Of a stretch of 32,000 nucleotides of DNA, positions 10,325 to 18,357 are shown piece by piece. The DNA is taken from assembly GCF_003324675.1 (NCBI RefSeq), contig NZ_CP030918.1:870001-902000 (forward strand). Direction: 5' to 3'. The DNA comes from Paracoccus suum (GTDB lineage: Bacteria; Pseudomonadota; Alphaproteobacteria; Rhodobacterales; Rhodobacteraceae). Numbering within the stretch: position 1 is the stretch's first letter; each line of letters begins with the position of its first letter. The notes under the pieces are model-generated. The model was not told where the DNA came from. It ran no database searches and worked only from the letters and a program-made list of their open reading frames with translations. Both the position numbers and the translations under genes were made by a program.

Positions 10325-10923
10325 TCACAGGCACCGGCACCGAGATCGGCAAGACGGTGTTTGCCGCCGGCCTTTGCGCACTGACCGGCGGGGATTACTG
10401 GAAGCCGGTCCAGACCGGGACAGAGGATGGCACTTCGGACAGCAAGACGGTGCTGCACCTGTCCGGCGCGCGGGTCCATCCGCCCATCTACCAATTCCCG
10501 CAGCCCCTTTCGCCGCACCGCGCGGCGGAGCTTGCGGGGGAAACCCTGGACCCTGCCAAGCTCGTCCCGCCGACGGACGTGCCGCTGGTGGCAGAAGGGG
10601 CGGGCGGCGTGCTGGTGCCCATCACCCGCGATTTGCTGAGCGCCGATCTTTTTGCCCGCTGGGGCATGCCGGTCGTGCTGGTCTGCACCACCGGCCTTGG
10701 CACCATCAGCCACAGCCTGACCGCGATCGAGGCGCTGCGCGGTCGCGGCTGCGCGCTGCACGGTCTGGCCTTTGTCGGCGCGGACAATCCCGACAACATC
10801 GCCACGATTGCCGCTTTCTCGGGCGCACGGGTGCTGGGCCGGTTGCCGCGCCTGCCGCGCCTTGACCGGGCGAGCCTGCTGGCCGCCATGACTGAACATT
10901 TCGACGTCGAGGATTTCGCATGA
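10309..10923 (+). CDS. bioD: Dethiobiotin synthase
   Basis: 204 aa with an N-terminal P-loop, [13 protein letters not shown]. It overlaps the bioF 3-prime end by 16 nt. Confidence 0.92.
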   Translation: MARFVITGTGTEIGKTVFAAGLCALTGGDYWKPVQTGTEDGTSDSKTVLHLSGARVHPPIYQFPQPLSPHRAAELAGETLDPAKLVPPTDVPLVAEGAGGVLVPITRDLLSADLFARWGMPVVLVCTTGLGTISHSLTAIEALRGRGCALHGLAFVGADNPDNIATIAAFSGARVLGRLPRLPRLDRASLLAAMTEHFDVEDFA

Positions 10924-12161
10924 GCGCCGTCTGGCATCCGTTCTTTCAGCACGCGACCGAGCCGGTTCCGCCGCGCATCACCCATGCCGAAGGCGCGCGC
11001 CTGACCACCGCCGACGGCACGATCCTGATCGATGCCATCAGCAGCTGGTGGGTCACGACCCATGGTCACCGCTACCCGCCGATCATGGCCGCGATCCGCG
11101 CCGCGACCGAGGATCTGGACCAGATCATCTTCGCCGGGTTGACCCATGCCCCGGCCGAGGCACTGGCCGAGGGGCTGGTCCAGATGGCCCCAGAGGGGCT
11201 GACCCGCGTGTTCTTTTCCGACAGCGGCAGCACCTCGGTCGAGGTCGCGCTCAAGATGGCGCTCGGCTTCTGGGCGCATAGCGGGCAGCCGCGCCATCGC
11301 ATCGCGGTGATCGAGGACAGCTACCATGGCGACACCATCGGCACGATGTCGGTGGGCGAGCGCGGGGTGTTCAACGCCCCCTACATGCCGTTGCTGTTTG
11401 ACGTCGCCCGCTTGCCGTTCCCGGCGGGCGACGGTGCCGCCACAATCGCCGCTTTCGAGGCGCTGGCGGACGGCGGCGAGATCGCGGCCCTGATTCTCGA
11501 GCCGCTGGTCCTCGGCTCGGGCGGGATGCGGATGTATCCGCCGGCGGTGCTGGCCAGCCTGGCGCAGGTGGCGCGCCGGCACGAGATCCTGCTGATCGCC
11601 GACGAGGTGATGACCGGTTGGGGCCGCACCGGTACCCTGTGGGCCTGCGACCAGGCGGGTGTCGCGCCCGATATCCTTTGCACCTCCAAGGGCCTGACCG
11701 GGGGCAGCCTGCCGCTTGCGGCGACACTGGCCAGCGAGCCGATCTTTGCCGCGCATTATTCGACCGACCGGCGGCGGACGTTCTTTCATTCCTCCAGCTA
11801 CACGGCAAACCCGATCGCCTGCGCTGCGGCCTTGGCGAACCTCGAGGTCTGGCGCAGCGAGCCGGTTATGGAGCGCATTGCCACGCTGATCGCCCGACAG
11901 TCGGACCATCTGGCGGTGCTGGCGGACGACCCGCGGTTCGAAAACCCCCGCCAGTGCGGCACAATCGCGGCGCTGGACCTGAAGGTCCCGGCCGCTGGCT
12001 ATCTGGCCGAGGCCGGCCCGCGTATGCGCGCCGATTTCATGGCCCGCGGCGTACTGCTGCGCCCCTTGGGCAATACCATCTATGTGCTGCCGCCCTACGG
12101 GATCACCGAAGGGGAACTGGCCAAGGTCTGGGATGCTATCGCGCAGGTCCGGCCGGGCTGA
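10920..12161 (+). CDS. bioA: Adenosylmethionine-8-amino-7-oxononanoate aminotransferase
   Basis: 413 aa class-III aminotransferase. Motifs: SYHGDT, DEVMTGWGRTG, PLP-lysine TSKGLTGG. ATGA overlap with bioD. Confidence 0.93.
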   Translation: MSAVWHPFFQHATEPVPPRITHAEGARLTTADGTILIDAISSWWVTTHGHRYPPIMAAIRAATEDLDQIIFAGLTHAPAEALAEGLVQMAPEGLTRVFFSDSGSTSVEVALKMALGFWAHSGQPRHRIAVIEDSYHGDTIGTMSVGERGVFNAPYMPLLFDVARLPFPAGDGAATIAAFEALADGGEIAALILEPLVLGSGGMRMYPPAVLASLAQVARRHEILLIADEVMTGWGRTGTLWACDQAGVAPDILCTSKGLTGGSLPLAATLASEPIFAAHYSTDRRRTFFHSSSYTANPIACAAALANLEVWRSEPVMERIATLIARQSDHLAVLADDPRFENPRQCGTIAALDLKVPAAGYLAEAGPRMRADFMARGVLLRPLGNTIYVLPPYGITEGELAKVWDAIAQVRPG

Positions 12162-12168
12162 CGGATGA

Positions 12169-12191
12169 TCGGGCATCGGAATGGTGCCCGA
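12169..12191. terminator. Candidate bidirectional hairpin between convergent bioA and the dehydrogenase gene
   Basis: TCGGGCA (12169-12175) pairs with TGCCCGA (12185-12191) across a 9-nt loop. It is the only structure in the 45-nt convergent gap and has no U-tract. Confidence 0.35.
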
Positions 12192-12206
12192 CCACTCAGC
12201 TGGCGG

Positions 12207-13679
12207 TTAAAGGCCCAGCGCCTCGTAGGTGCGGGCGATCCGTCGGATCGCGACGATATAGGCGGCGGTGCGCAGGTCGTTCACCCGGCTGTCGCCGTCC
12301 TTGACCTCCATCATCTGCTGGAAGGCGCCGCGCATGATGTCATCGAGGCCGGAGCGGACGAGCGTCAATTCGTCCGCGCCTTGCAGATAGGACTGCTTGA
12401 AGCCCTCGGACAGCGTCCAGCCGAGGCCACGGTCGGCGGACAGCCGCTCCAGTTCCTCGGTCAGCAGGCGGTGGCGGGCCTCCTCGCGGCGGCGCTCCAT
12501 CCGGCCATAGTCCATGTGGCTGAGGTTCTTGACCCATTCGAAATAGCTGACCGTGACGCCGCCCGCATTCGCGTACATGTCGGGGACGATAAAGACGCCC
12601 TTTTCGCGCAAGATCGCGTCGGCGGCTGCGGTGACGGGGCCGTTCGCCGCCTCGATCACCATCTTGGCCTTGATCCGGGGGGCGTTCTCCTCGTGGATCA
12701 CGGCCTCCATTGCGGCCGGGATCAGGATGTCGCAATCGATTTCCAGGGCAGCGGCGCTGTCGGGCGAGAAGGTCGCGCCTGGAAAGCCCTGAACGCCGCC
12801 GGTGGCCTTCATGTGCTGGCTCAGCGCCTCGATATCTAGGCCGGCCTCGTTCACCACCGCACCGTCACGTTCGGCCACGGCGGTGATGATCGCGCCATCC
12901 TCGCCCGACAGGAACAGCGCCGCGTGATAGCCGACGTTGCCGAGCCCCTGGACGACGATCCGCTTGCCCTCCAGCCCACCGCTGAGGCCCGCCGCAGCGA
13001 CCACCGCGGGTGTGCGGAACACCTCGCGCAGCGCATATTGCACCCCGCGACCCGTCGCCTCGACCCTGCCCTTGATCCCGCCAAAGCTGAGCGGCTTGCC
13101 GGTCACGCAGGCGCGTGCGTCGATATCGCCGGGGTGGAGGCGCTTGTAGGCATCGGCCATCCACGCCATCTCGCGCTCGCCGGTGCCCATGTCGGGCGCC
13201 GGCACGTTCTGGCTGGGCGAGATCAGGCTGCGGCGCGACAATTCATAAGTAAAGCGGCGGGTCACGCGCTCCAACTCGTCCTCGTCCCAGGCGCGCGGGT
13301 CGATCCGCAACCCGCCCTTACTGCCGCCGAAGGGCAATTCGACCAGAGCGCATTTATAAGTCATCAGCGCCGCCAGTGCCTCGACCTCGTCCTGGTCGAC
13401 CGACATGGCGTAGCGGATGCCGCCCTTGACCGGCTCCTGATGCTCGGAATGGACGCTGCGATACCCGGTAAAGGTGTGGATCGCGCCGCGCAGCCGCACG
13501 CCAAAGCGCACGGTGTAGGTGCTGTTGCAGACCCGGATCTTTTCCTCGAGGCCCGGCTCCAGCTGCATTAGCGAGGCGGCCTGGGTGAACATCCGGTCGA
13601 CCGACGCCCGGAAAGATCCATGCGCGGGGGGCGGGGGGACGGGGGTGGGATCAGCGACGTTTTGGGCGGCGATTGTCAT
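12207..13679 (-). CDS. gdh: Glu/Leu/Phe/Val dehydrogenase family protein (probable glutamate dehydrogenase, long form)
   Basis: 490 aa. Motifs: KGGIRY, catalytic-lysine motif PFGGSKGG, dinucleotide fold VQGLGNVG. Confidence 0.88.
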   Translation of the reverse strand: MTIAAQNVADPTPVPPPPAHGSFRASVDRMFTQAASLMQLEPGLEEKIRVCNSTYTVRFGVRLRGAIHTFTGYRSVHSEHQEPVKGGIRYAMSVDQDEVEALAALMTYKCALVELPFGGSKGGLRIDPRAWDEDELERVTRRFTYELSRRSLISPSQNVPAPDMGTGEREMAWMADAYKRLHPGDIDARACVTGKPLSFGGIKGRVEATGRGVQYALREVFRTPAVVAAAGLSGGLEGKRIVVQGLGNVGYHAALFLSGEDGAIITAVAERDGAVVNEAGLDIEALSQHMKATGGVQGFPGATFSPDSAAALEIDCDILIPAAMEAVIHEENAPRIKAKMVIEAANGPVTAAADAILREKGVFIVPDMYANAGGVTVSYFEWVKNLSHMDYGRMERRREEARHRLLTEELERLSADRGLGWTLSEGFKQSYLQGADELTLVRSGLDDIMRGAFQQMMEVKDGDSRVNDLRTAAYIVAIRRIARTYEALGL

Positions 13680-13737
13680 GCGAGCTTCCTGTCACGCAGC
13701 GTCTGGCCAAACTTGCTGCACAGTCCGTCAGATGGAC

Positions 13738-13757
13738 TTGCATTGCAACTAAAGTTG
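13738..13757. promoter_or_regulatory. Two overlapping inverted repeats in the divergent dehydrogenase / I78-lipoprotein intergenic region
   Basis: TTGCA-T-TGCAA at 13738-13748 and CAACT-AA-AGTTG at 13746-13757, lying 59-78 nt upstream of the dehydrogenase ATG. Candidate operator; the binding factor is unknown. Confidence 0.3.
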
Positions 13758-13863
13758 TAGGGCCGCCGGTCAGATTGACCGCCCGCCCCGGCGCGCCAAG
13801 GGGCTATGCGGGGCCGCCCGATTGGCGCTAAGGTGCCGCATCCCAAGTGCAGAGACTCGTCGC

Positions 13864-14220
13864 ATGAGCCGTTCGCCCCTGATTTCACTCACCCTTATTT
13901 CTGCCGCGCTGGTCGGCGGCCTGGCCCTGACGGGCTGCGCACCGGCGCCTGCGCCGACCGTGCCGGTCGTCGAGCCGGTCGAGGCCGTTCCGGCGGTGTC
14001 AGGGATGTCCGGCCTCGAGGAGCGCAAGCCCGACCTCTGCCACGCCAAGGATTATTCCGGCGCGCTGGGTCAGCCGGGCAGCACCATCGCTGGTCTTGGG
14101 ATTACCCGCACCTATCGCGTGGTCGAATTCCGCGGCATCGAGTCGCAGGAATACGACCCTAACCGAATCGTGTTCCGGCTCGATCAGGCCGGCAACATCC
14201 AAAATGTGGATTGTGGCTAA
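13864..14220 (+). CDS. I78-family peptidase-inhibitor-like lipoprotein (copy 1)
   Basis: 118 aa from the ATG at 13864. Lipoprotein signal MSRSPLISLTLISAALVGGLALTG/C. The C-terminal domain has conserved Cys...Cys and an R-[VI]-[VI]...[TQ]-x-[DE]-[FY]...R-[LI]-x-F...G-x-I-x-x-V-x-C pattern typical of Inhibitor_I78. Confidence 0.75.
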   Translation: MSRSPLISLTLISAALVGGLALTGCAPAPAPTVPVVEPVEAVPAVSGMSGLEERKPDLCHAKDYSGALGQPGSTIAGLGITRTYRVVEFRGIESQEYDPNRIVFRLDQAGNIQNVDCG

Positions 14221-14516
14221 TGCGTACTCTGTCTCGCTTTGTTCCGGTCGTCGCCCTCGGCTCCGTGCTGGTCCTGTCCGCATGTATCGAACCCATGCCC
14301 CCGGCTGCACCCCCGCTGCCCACTACGGCGGCCTGCAAGGCACCCCAGTTCCAGGGCCTGATCGGCCAGCAGCGCAGCGTGCTGGACGGCATGCTGCTGC
14401 CCGCCGGCGCACGCATCATCGGCCCCCACGATCCGGTCACGGCCGATTTCAACGGCGAGCGCCTGAACTTCGAGATTGGCGTCACTGGCCGGATCGAGAA
14501 AGTCAGCTGCTTCTGA
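14220..14516 (+). CDS. I78-family peptidase-inhibitor-like lipoprotein (copy 2)
   Basis: 98 aa from the ATG at 14220, which overlaps the stop of copy 1 (TAATG). Lipobox VLSA/C. Domain ACKAPQFQGLIGQ...RIIGPHDPVTADFNGERLNFEIGVTGRIEKVSCF. The track start at 14211 is a TTG. Confidence 0.75.
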   Translation: MRTLSRFVPVVALGSVLVLSACIEPMPPAAPPLPTTAACKAPQFQGLIGQQRSVLDGMLLPAGARIIGPHDPVTADFNGERLNFEIGVTGRIEKVSCF

Positions 14517-14556
14517 GCAGCTTGATCGGGGGCGCAGGGCGCTGCATGCTGAAGGC

Positions 14557-14895
14557 ATGCTGACGCCGCCCCCGATCCAGTTCCAGCCTGCGGCCGAAGT
14601 CGTCGCCTTCGACCGTGGTGAGCTGGGCGTGATCTTGTCGCTTTACGGACGGATGGTGGCCGCGGGCGAATGGCGCGACTACGGCATGTCCTTCCTGCGG
14701 GACGTGGCCATATTCTCGGTCTTTCGCCGCGCGGCCGAAACGCCTCTCTATCGTATCGAAAAGCGCCCGCGGCTGCGCAATGCCCAGGGGCAGTACGCGG
14801 TCTTGGGCATGGATGGCCGAATCCTGCGCCGGGGCCATGACCTCACGGCGGTCCTGCGCGTGGTGGACCGCAAGCTGATCCGGCCGGTCGACTAG
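14557..14895 (+). CDS. DUF2794-family protein (conserved alphaproteobacterial protein of unknown function)
   Basis: 112 aa from the internal ATG at 14557 (MLTPPPIQF...). The sequence FDRGELGVILSLYGRMVAAGEWRDYG...PLYRIEKRP matches my memory of DUF2794. No catalytic motif recognised. Confidence 0.65.
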   Translation: MLTPPPIQFQPAAEVVAFDRGELGVILSLYGRMVAAGEWRDYGMSFLRDVAIFSVFRRAAETPLYRIEKRPRLRNAQGQYAVLGMDGRILRRGHDLTAVLRVVDRKLIRPVD

Positions 14896-14899
14896 ATCG

Positions 14900-15349
14900 T
14901 TACGGGCGCGGGTCCAGCGACATTGGGCGGGTCCCGCCCGGCGGCAGACCAAACCGGCCCCGCACAAAATCGAGGAATGCGCCGTAGGGACGGCCCAGGA
15001 CCAGCATCAGCGCCGCAGCCCCCAGGATGCCCCGCAGGATCTGGCTACCCTCGGCGCCGCCGGCGACGATGATCGCAGCGTAGATCGGCACCTGAAAGAC
15101 CAGCAGCGCGAAGCTGTCCCAGAGCAGGCGCGAGACCGCAGACACGCCGGCGCGCCGCATGATCCAGTCCCGCCACAGGCCATAGGGGCGGGCGGTCAGC
15201 ACCATCAGGGGCGCGCCGATCATCCGCGCCCTTGCGACCTCGGCCCAGTCCATGCCGGCGACGAAACGCTCGTTCAGGATCCCGGTGGTGGTAAAGAATA
15301 GGATCAGCGCCAGGGTGTCGGCCAGAAAGGCACGGCGCGCGTGGATCAA
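14900..15349 (-). CDS. alaE: L-alanine exporter AlaE-family membrane protein
   Basis: 149 aa, the same length as E. coli AlaE and colinear with it (ADT-A/L..., [17 protein letters not shown] vs TFQSPVYVAI). The apparent TTG start overlaps the upstream stop (TTGA at 15346-15349). Confidence 0.78.
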   Translation of the reverse strand: MIHARRAFLADTLALILFFTTTGILNERFVAGMDWAEVARARMIGAPLMVLTARPYGLWRDWIMRRAGVSAVSRLLWDSFALLVFQVPIYAAIIVAGGAEGSQILRGILGAAALMLVLGRPYGAFLDFVRGRFGLPPGGTRPMSLDPRP

Positions 15350-16146
15350 TCGCGGTCCTCCGGTTTGACCTTGCGCGCCATCCCGCGGGCAAAGGCGTCC
15401 AGGCGCTCGCGCGCGGCGGGCTGGGTGTTGACGACGCCCGCCAGCACCGCCTCGGCATAGGATGCGTCCAGCGCGCCCATGTTCTGGAAATGCGAGATCC
15501 CGGAGCAGATGGCAAAATTGGTCAGCGGAAGGTTGGCGGCGGCGGCCGTAGCCAGTTCGCGCGACTTGGCCTCGGCGTCAGGCACGAGGTATTGCGTCAG
15601 CCCGACCTCGACCGCCTCGGCCCCGCGGTAAAGCCGGCCGGTCAGCATCATGTCGATCATCCGCGCCTTGCCGATCAGCCCGGCCACCCGGATCGTCGCG
15701 CCGCCGCCGGTGAAGAGCCCCCGCTGCCCTTCCGGCAGGCCGAAATAGGTGCCCTCGTCCGCGACCCGGATATGCGCGGCCGAAGCCAGCTCAAGCCCGC
15801 CGCCGACCACGGCGCCTTTCAGGACGGCGATGATCGGCACGCCGCCATATTCCATCTTGTTGAACGCTTCGTGCCAGTCGAGGCACAGGTGCATGAAGTC
15901 GGCCGGACTGCGGTCGGCGTGGTAATGCTCGACCAGATCGAGGCCGGCGCAGAAATGCGGTCCTTCAGCGCGCAGGATGCAAGCGCGCACGCCAGCGCGG
16001 GGCAGCGCGGTAAAGACGGCGATCAACTCGCGTACCGATGCGGCGTCCAGCGCATTGCGCTTGGCGGGGCGGTTCAGCGTCAGCGTGGCGATGCCGGCAT
16101 CGTCGACCGCAATAGTCATGTTCTGCAGATCAAGATCGTCAAGCAT
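15346..16146 (-). CDS. Crotonase / enoyl-CoA hydratase-isomerase family protein
   Basis: 266 aa from the ATG at 16146 ([14 protein letters not shown]...), with SD GAGGGGGA upstream. Oxyanion/catalytic motifs [15 protein letters not shown] and FGLPEGQRG. The 354-aa track ORF is an upstream extension over the AEC gene. Confidence 0.88.
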   Translation of the reverse strand: MLDDLDLQNMTIAVDDAGIATLTLNRPAKRNALDAASVRELIAVFTALPRAGVRACILRAEGPHFCAGLDLVEHYHADRSPADFMHLCLDWHEAFNKMEYGGVPIIAVLKGAVVGGGLELASAAHIRVADEGTYFGLPEGQRGLFTGGGATIRVAGLIGKARMIDMMLTGRLYRGAEAVEVGLTQYLVPDAEAKSRELATAAAANLPLTNFAICSGISHFQNMGALDASYAEAVLAGVVNTQPAARERLDAFARGMARKVKPEDRD

Positions 16147-16157
16147 GGCGGTCCCCC

Positions 16158-17087
16158 TCAGGTGCCGGAAATCCAGGCGATCACCGGCGGGATCGTCAGG
16201 ATACTGAACGCGGTCGACAGCAAGATCGCGGTCGAGACCCGCTGTTCGGCGACATGGAAATATTGTGCCAGAATATAGGTGTTGCCCGCTACCGGCAGCG
16301 CGGCGGCGGCGACCATCATGCCCGCGGCGCGTGGCTCGACCCGGAAGATGGCAAAGGCTGCGATGGCGACCGCCAGCGGGTGCAGCACCAGCTTGGCCGA
16401 CGCCAGCCACAGGGACGGCCCGAGGCGCGCCGCCTGCCGGGCGGCCAGCGAGGCGCCGATGGCAAAGAGGGCGCCGGGCGTCGCGGCGGCGCCGAGCAGG
16501 TCCAGAAACTCGGCCGCGGGGGCGGGCAGCGGCAGGTGCAGCGCGCCGAAGGCGAGGCCGGCCAGCATTGCGACGATCATCGGGTTATCCGCCAGCCCGC
16601 GACCGATCGCGCCCCAGGCATCACGGTTGATGCGCCCTTGCCGCGCGGCGGTGACGATCACGGTGATCAGGGTCGAGAACACGACCATGTCGATGGTCAG
16701 CACCAGCAGCACCGGACCCGTCGCCGCCGGTCCCAGCAGCACCAGCAGCATCGGCACGCCCAGAAAGCCGGTGTTGCCGATCATGCAGCACTGCGCCTCC
16801 ATCGCCGCCTCGGCCAGTGGCAGCCCGCGCAGGCGGGCGACGGCAAGGCCAATGCCCCAGACCGCGAATGTGCCGGCCAGGTAGGCCAGCACAAAGCGCG
16901 GGTCCCACAACTGCGCCATGTCGAGCGAGGCGGCAAAGCGGAACAGCATGGCCGACAGCGCGAAGAAGAACACGAACCTGGTCAGCCAGGCAGTCGCCTC
17001 GGGCGGGAAAAAGCGGGTGCGCCCCGCCAGCCAGCCGGTGCCGATCAGCGCGAAGAACGGCAGCGTCTTGAGGAAGATCGGCAGCAT
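16158..17087 (-). CDS. AEC (auxin efflux carrier) family transporter
   Basis: 309 aa from the ATG at 17087 ([22 protein letters not shown]...). About 10 hydrophobic segments, typical AEC/Mem_trans N-terminus. Confidence 0.82.
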   Translation of the reverse strand: MLPIFLKTLPFFALIGTGWLAGRTRFFPPEATAWLTRFVFFFALSAMLFRFAASLDMAQLWDPRFVLAYLAGTFAVWGIGLAVARLRGLPLAEAAMEAQCCMIGNTGFLGVPMLLVLLGPAATGPVLLVLTIDMVVFSTLITVIVTAARQGRINRDAWGAIGRGLADNPMIVAMLAGLAFGALHLPLPAPAAEFLDLLGAAATPGALFAIGASLAARQAARLGPSLWLASAKLVLHPLAVAIAAFAIFRVEPRAAGMMVAAAALPVAGNTYILAQYFHVAEQRVSTAILLSTAFSILTIPPVIAWISGT

Positions 17088-17192
17088 CAGCGTCGATTTA
17101 TAAGGGGGCGGGCCGGGCACATGGCTGCACCATCGGCTGGGCCCGTCGCAGCGGCAAGCGGCTTTGGCCGGTCGCGACTGTCGGCGGGGCCG

Positions 17193-18167
17193 CTAGCCGC
17201 CGCCGATCAGCACCCCGGTCGCGAACACCAAGGCGCCGCCGACCACGACCTGCAGGCTGGCGCGCCAGAACGGCGTTTCCATCCACCGGTTCTGAATCCA
17301 GGCGATCGCCCAAAGCTCGACGAACACGATCACGGTGGCGACGGTGGTCGCGGTCCAGAAGTCTGAGATCAGGTAGGGCAGGGCGTGGCCCAGCCCGCCC
17401 ACCGCTGTCATAACCCCCGAGGCAAATCCGCGCTTGAGGGGCGAGCCCCGGCCCGAGACGACGCCATCGTCCGAGGCCGCCTCGGTAAAGCCCATCGAGA
17501 TGCCGGCACCCAGGGCCGCCGCGAGGCCAACCAGAAAGGTGGTGTGCGTGTCATGGGTGGCGAAGGCGGTGGCGAAGATCGGCGCAAGGGTCGAGACCGA
17601 GCCATCCATCAGCCCCGCCAGACCCGGCTGCACCCAGGTCAGCACGAAATCGCGGCGTGCGGCATTGGCCTCGCTGGTGCGGGCGTCCTCGGTCAGGTGC
17701 TGCTCGGTCAGGGCGCCGGCCTGGGCGCCGTGCCCGGCCTCGGCACGGGCCAGATCGCCCAGCAACTTGCGGGTGCCGGCGTCGGTCGTCTGCCGGGCCG
17801 CGCGTTCGTAGAATCGGGCCGCCTGATGCTCCATCGCCTCCGCTTCGGCGCGGATCCGCTCCAGCGGCAGGTTCTTGGTCAGCCACATCGGGCGGCGCGC
17901 GTAAAAGCCGGCGACATGCTCGCGCCGGATAAGGGGGATCACTTCGCCGAATCGTGCGCGGTGCGATTCGATCAGCAGCTGGCGGTGGTGATCCTCTTCC
18001 TCGGCCATGCCCTCGAACACGGCGGCGCTGGCGGGATAGTCGGCCGCCAGCGATTCGGCGAACATGCGAAAGATGCGGGCGTCGTCCTCCTCGCAGGAGA
18101 TGGCCAAGGCCAGCACCTCGCGTTCGGACAGATCGGCAAAGCGCCGGCGATTGGACAAAATTGGCAT
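17193..18167 (-). CDS. mbfA: Membrane-bound ferritin-like / VIT1-CCC1 fusion iron exporter (MbfA type)
   Basis: 324 aa. The N-terminal erythrin domain has di-iron ligands, including two ExxH motifs (EEDH, EAGH). The C-terminal VIT1/CCC1 membrane domain contains GLAGLMDGSVSTLAPIFA. Confidence 0.85.
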   Translation of the reverse strand: MPILSNRRRFADLSEREVLALAISCEEDDARIFRMFAESLAADYPASAAVFEGMAEEEDHHRQLLIESHRARFGEVIPLIRREHVAGFYARRPMWLTKNLPLERIRAEAEAMEHQAARFYERAARQTTDAGTRKLLGDLARAEAGHGAQAGALTEQHLTEDARTSEANAARRDFVLTWVQPGLAGLMDGSVSTLAPIFATAFATHDTHTTFLVGLAAALGAGISMGFTEAASDDGVVSGRGSPLKRGFASGVMTAVGGLGHALPYLISDFWTATTVATVIVFVELWAIAWIQNRWMETPFWRASLQVVVGGALVFATGVLIGGG

Positions 18168-18357
18168 CGCGCGAAGCTAGTTGGGGCCGGCGGGGGCGGC
18201 AAGCGGTGGCGTGCGCGATTTGACGAGGAAGATCGCGACCTTGTGTCCCAGCTAAAGTTTACAAAAACACTATGCCAATCTGGACCCGGTCCCGCTGCGC
18301 CCGTAGAAGGCGGGAATGAACGCCCCTGCCGGGCGCACCTTGCACAAGGATACAGCT

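Noticed and set aside
13733-13748. A possible sigma-54 promoter (TGG-N-TTGCA) in ATGGACTTGCATTGCA.
   Set aside because: The GG to GC spacing is one nucleotide short of the strict GG-N10-GC geometry, and the -24 element is TGGAC rather than TGGCAC. No better arrangement exists on the other strand.
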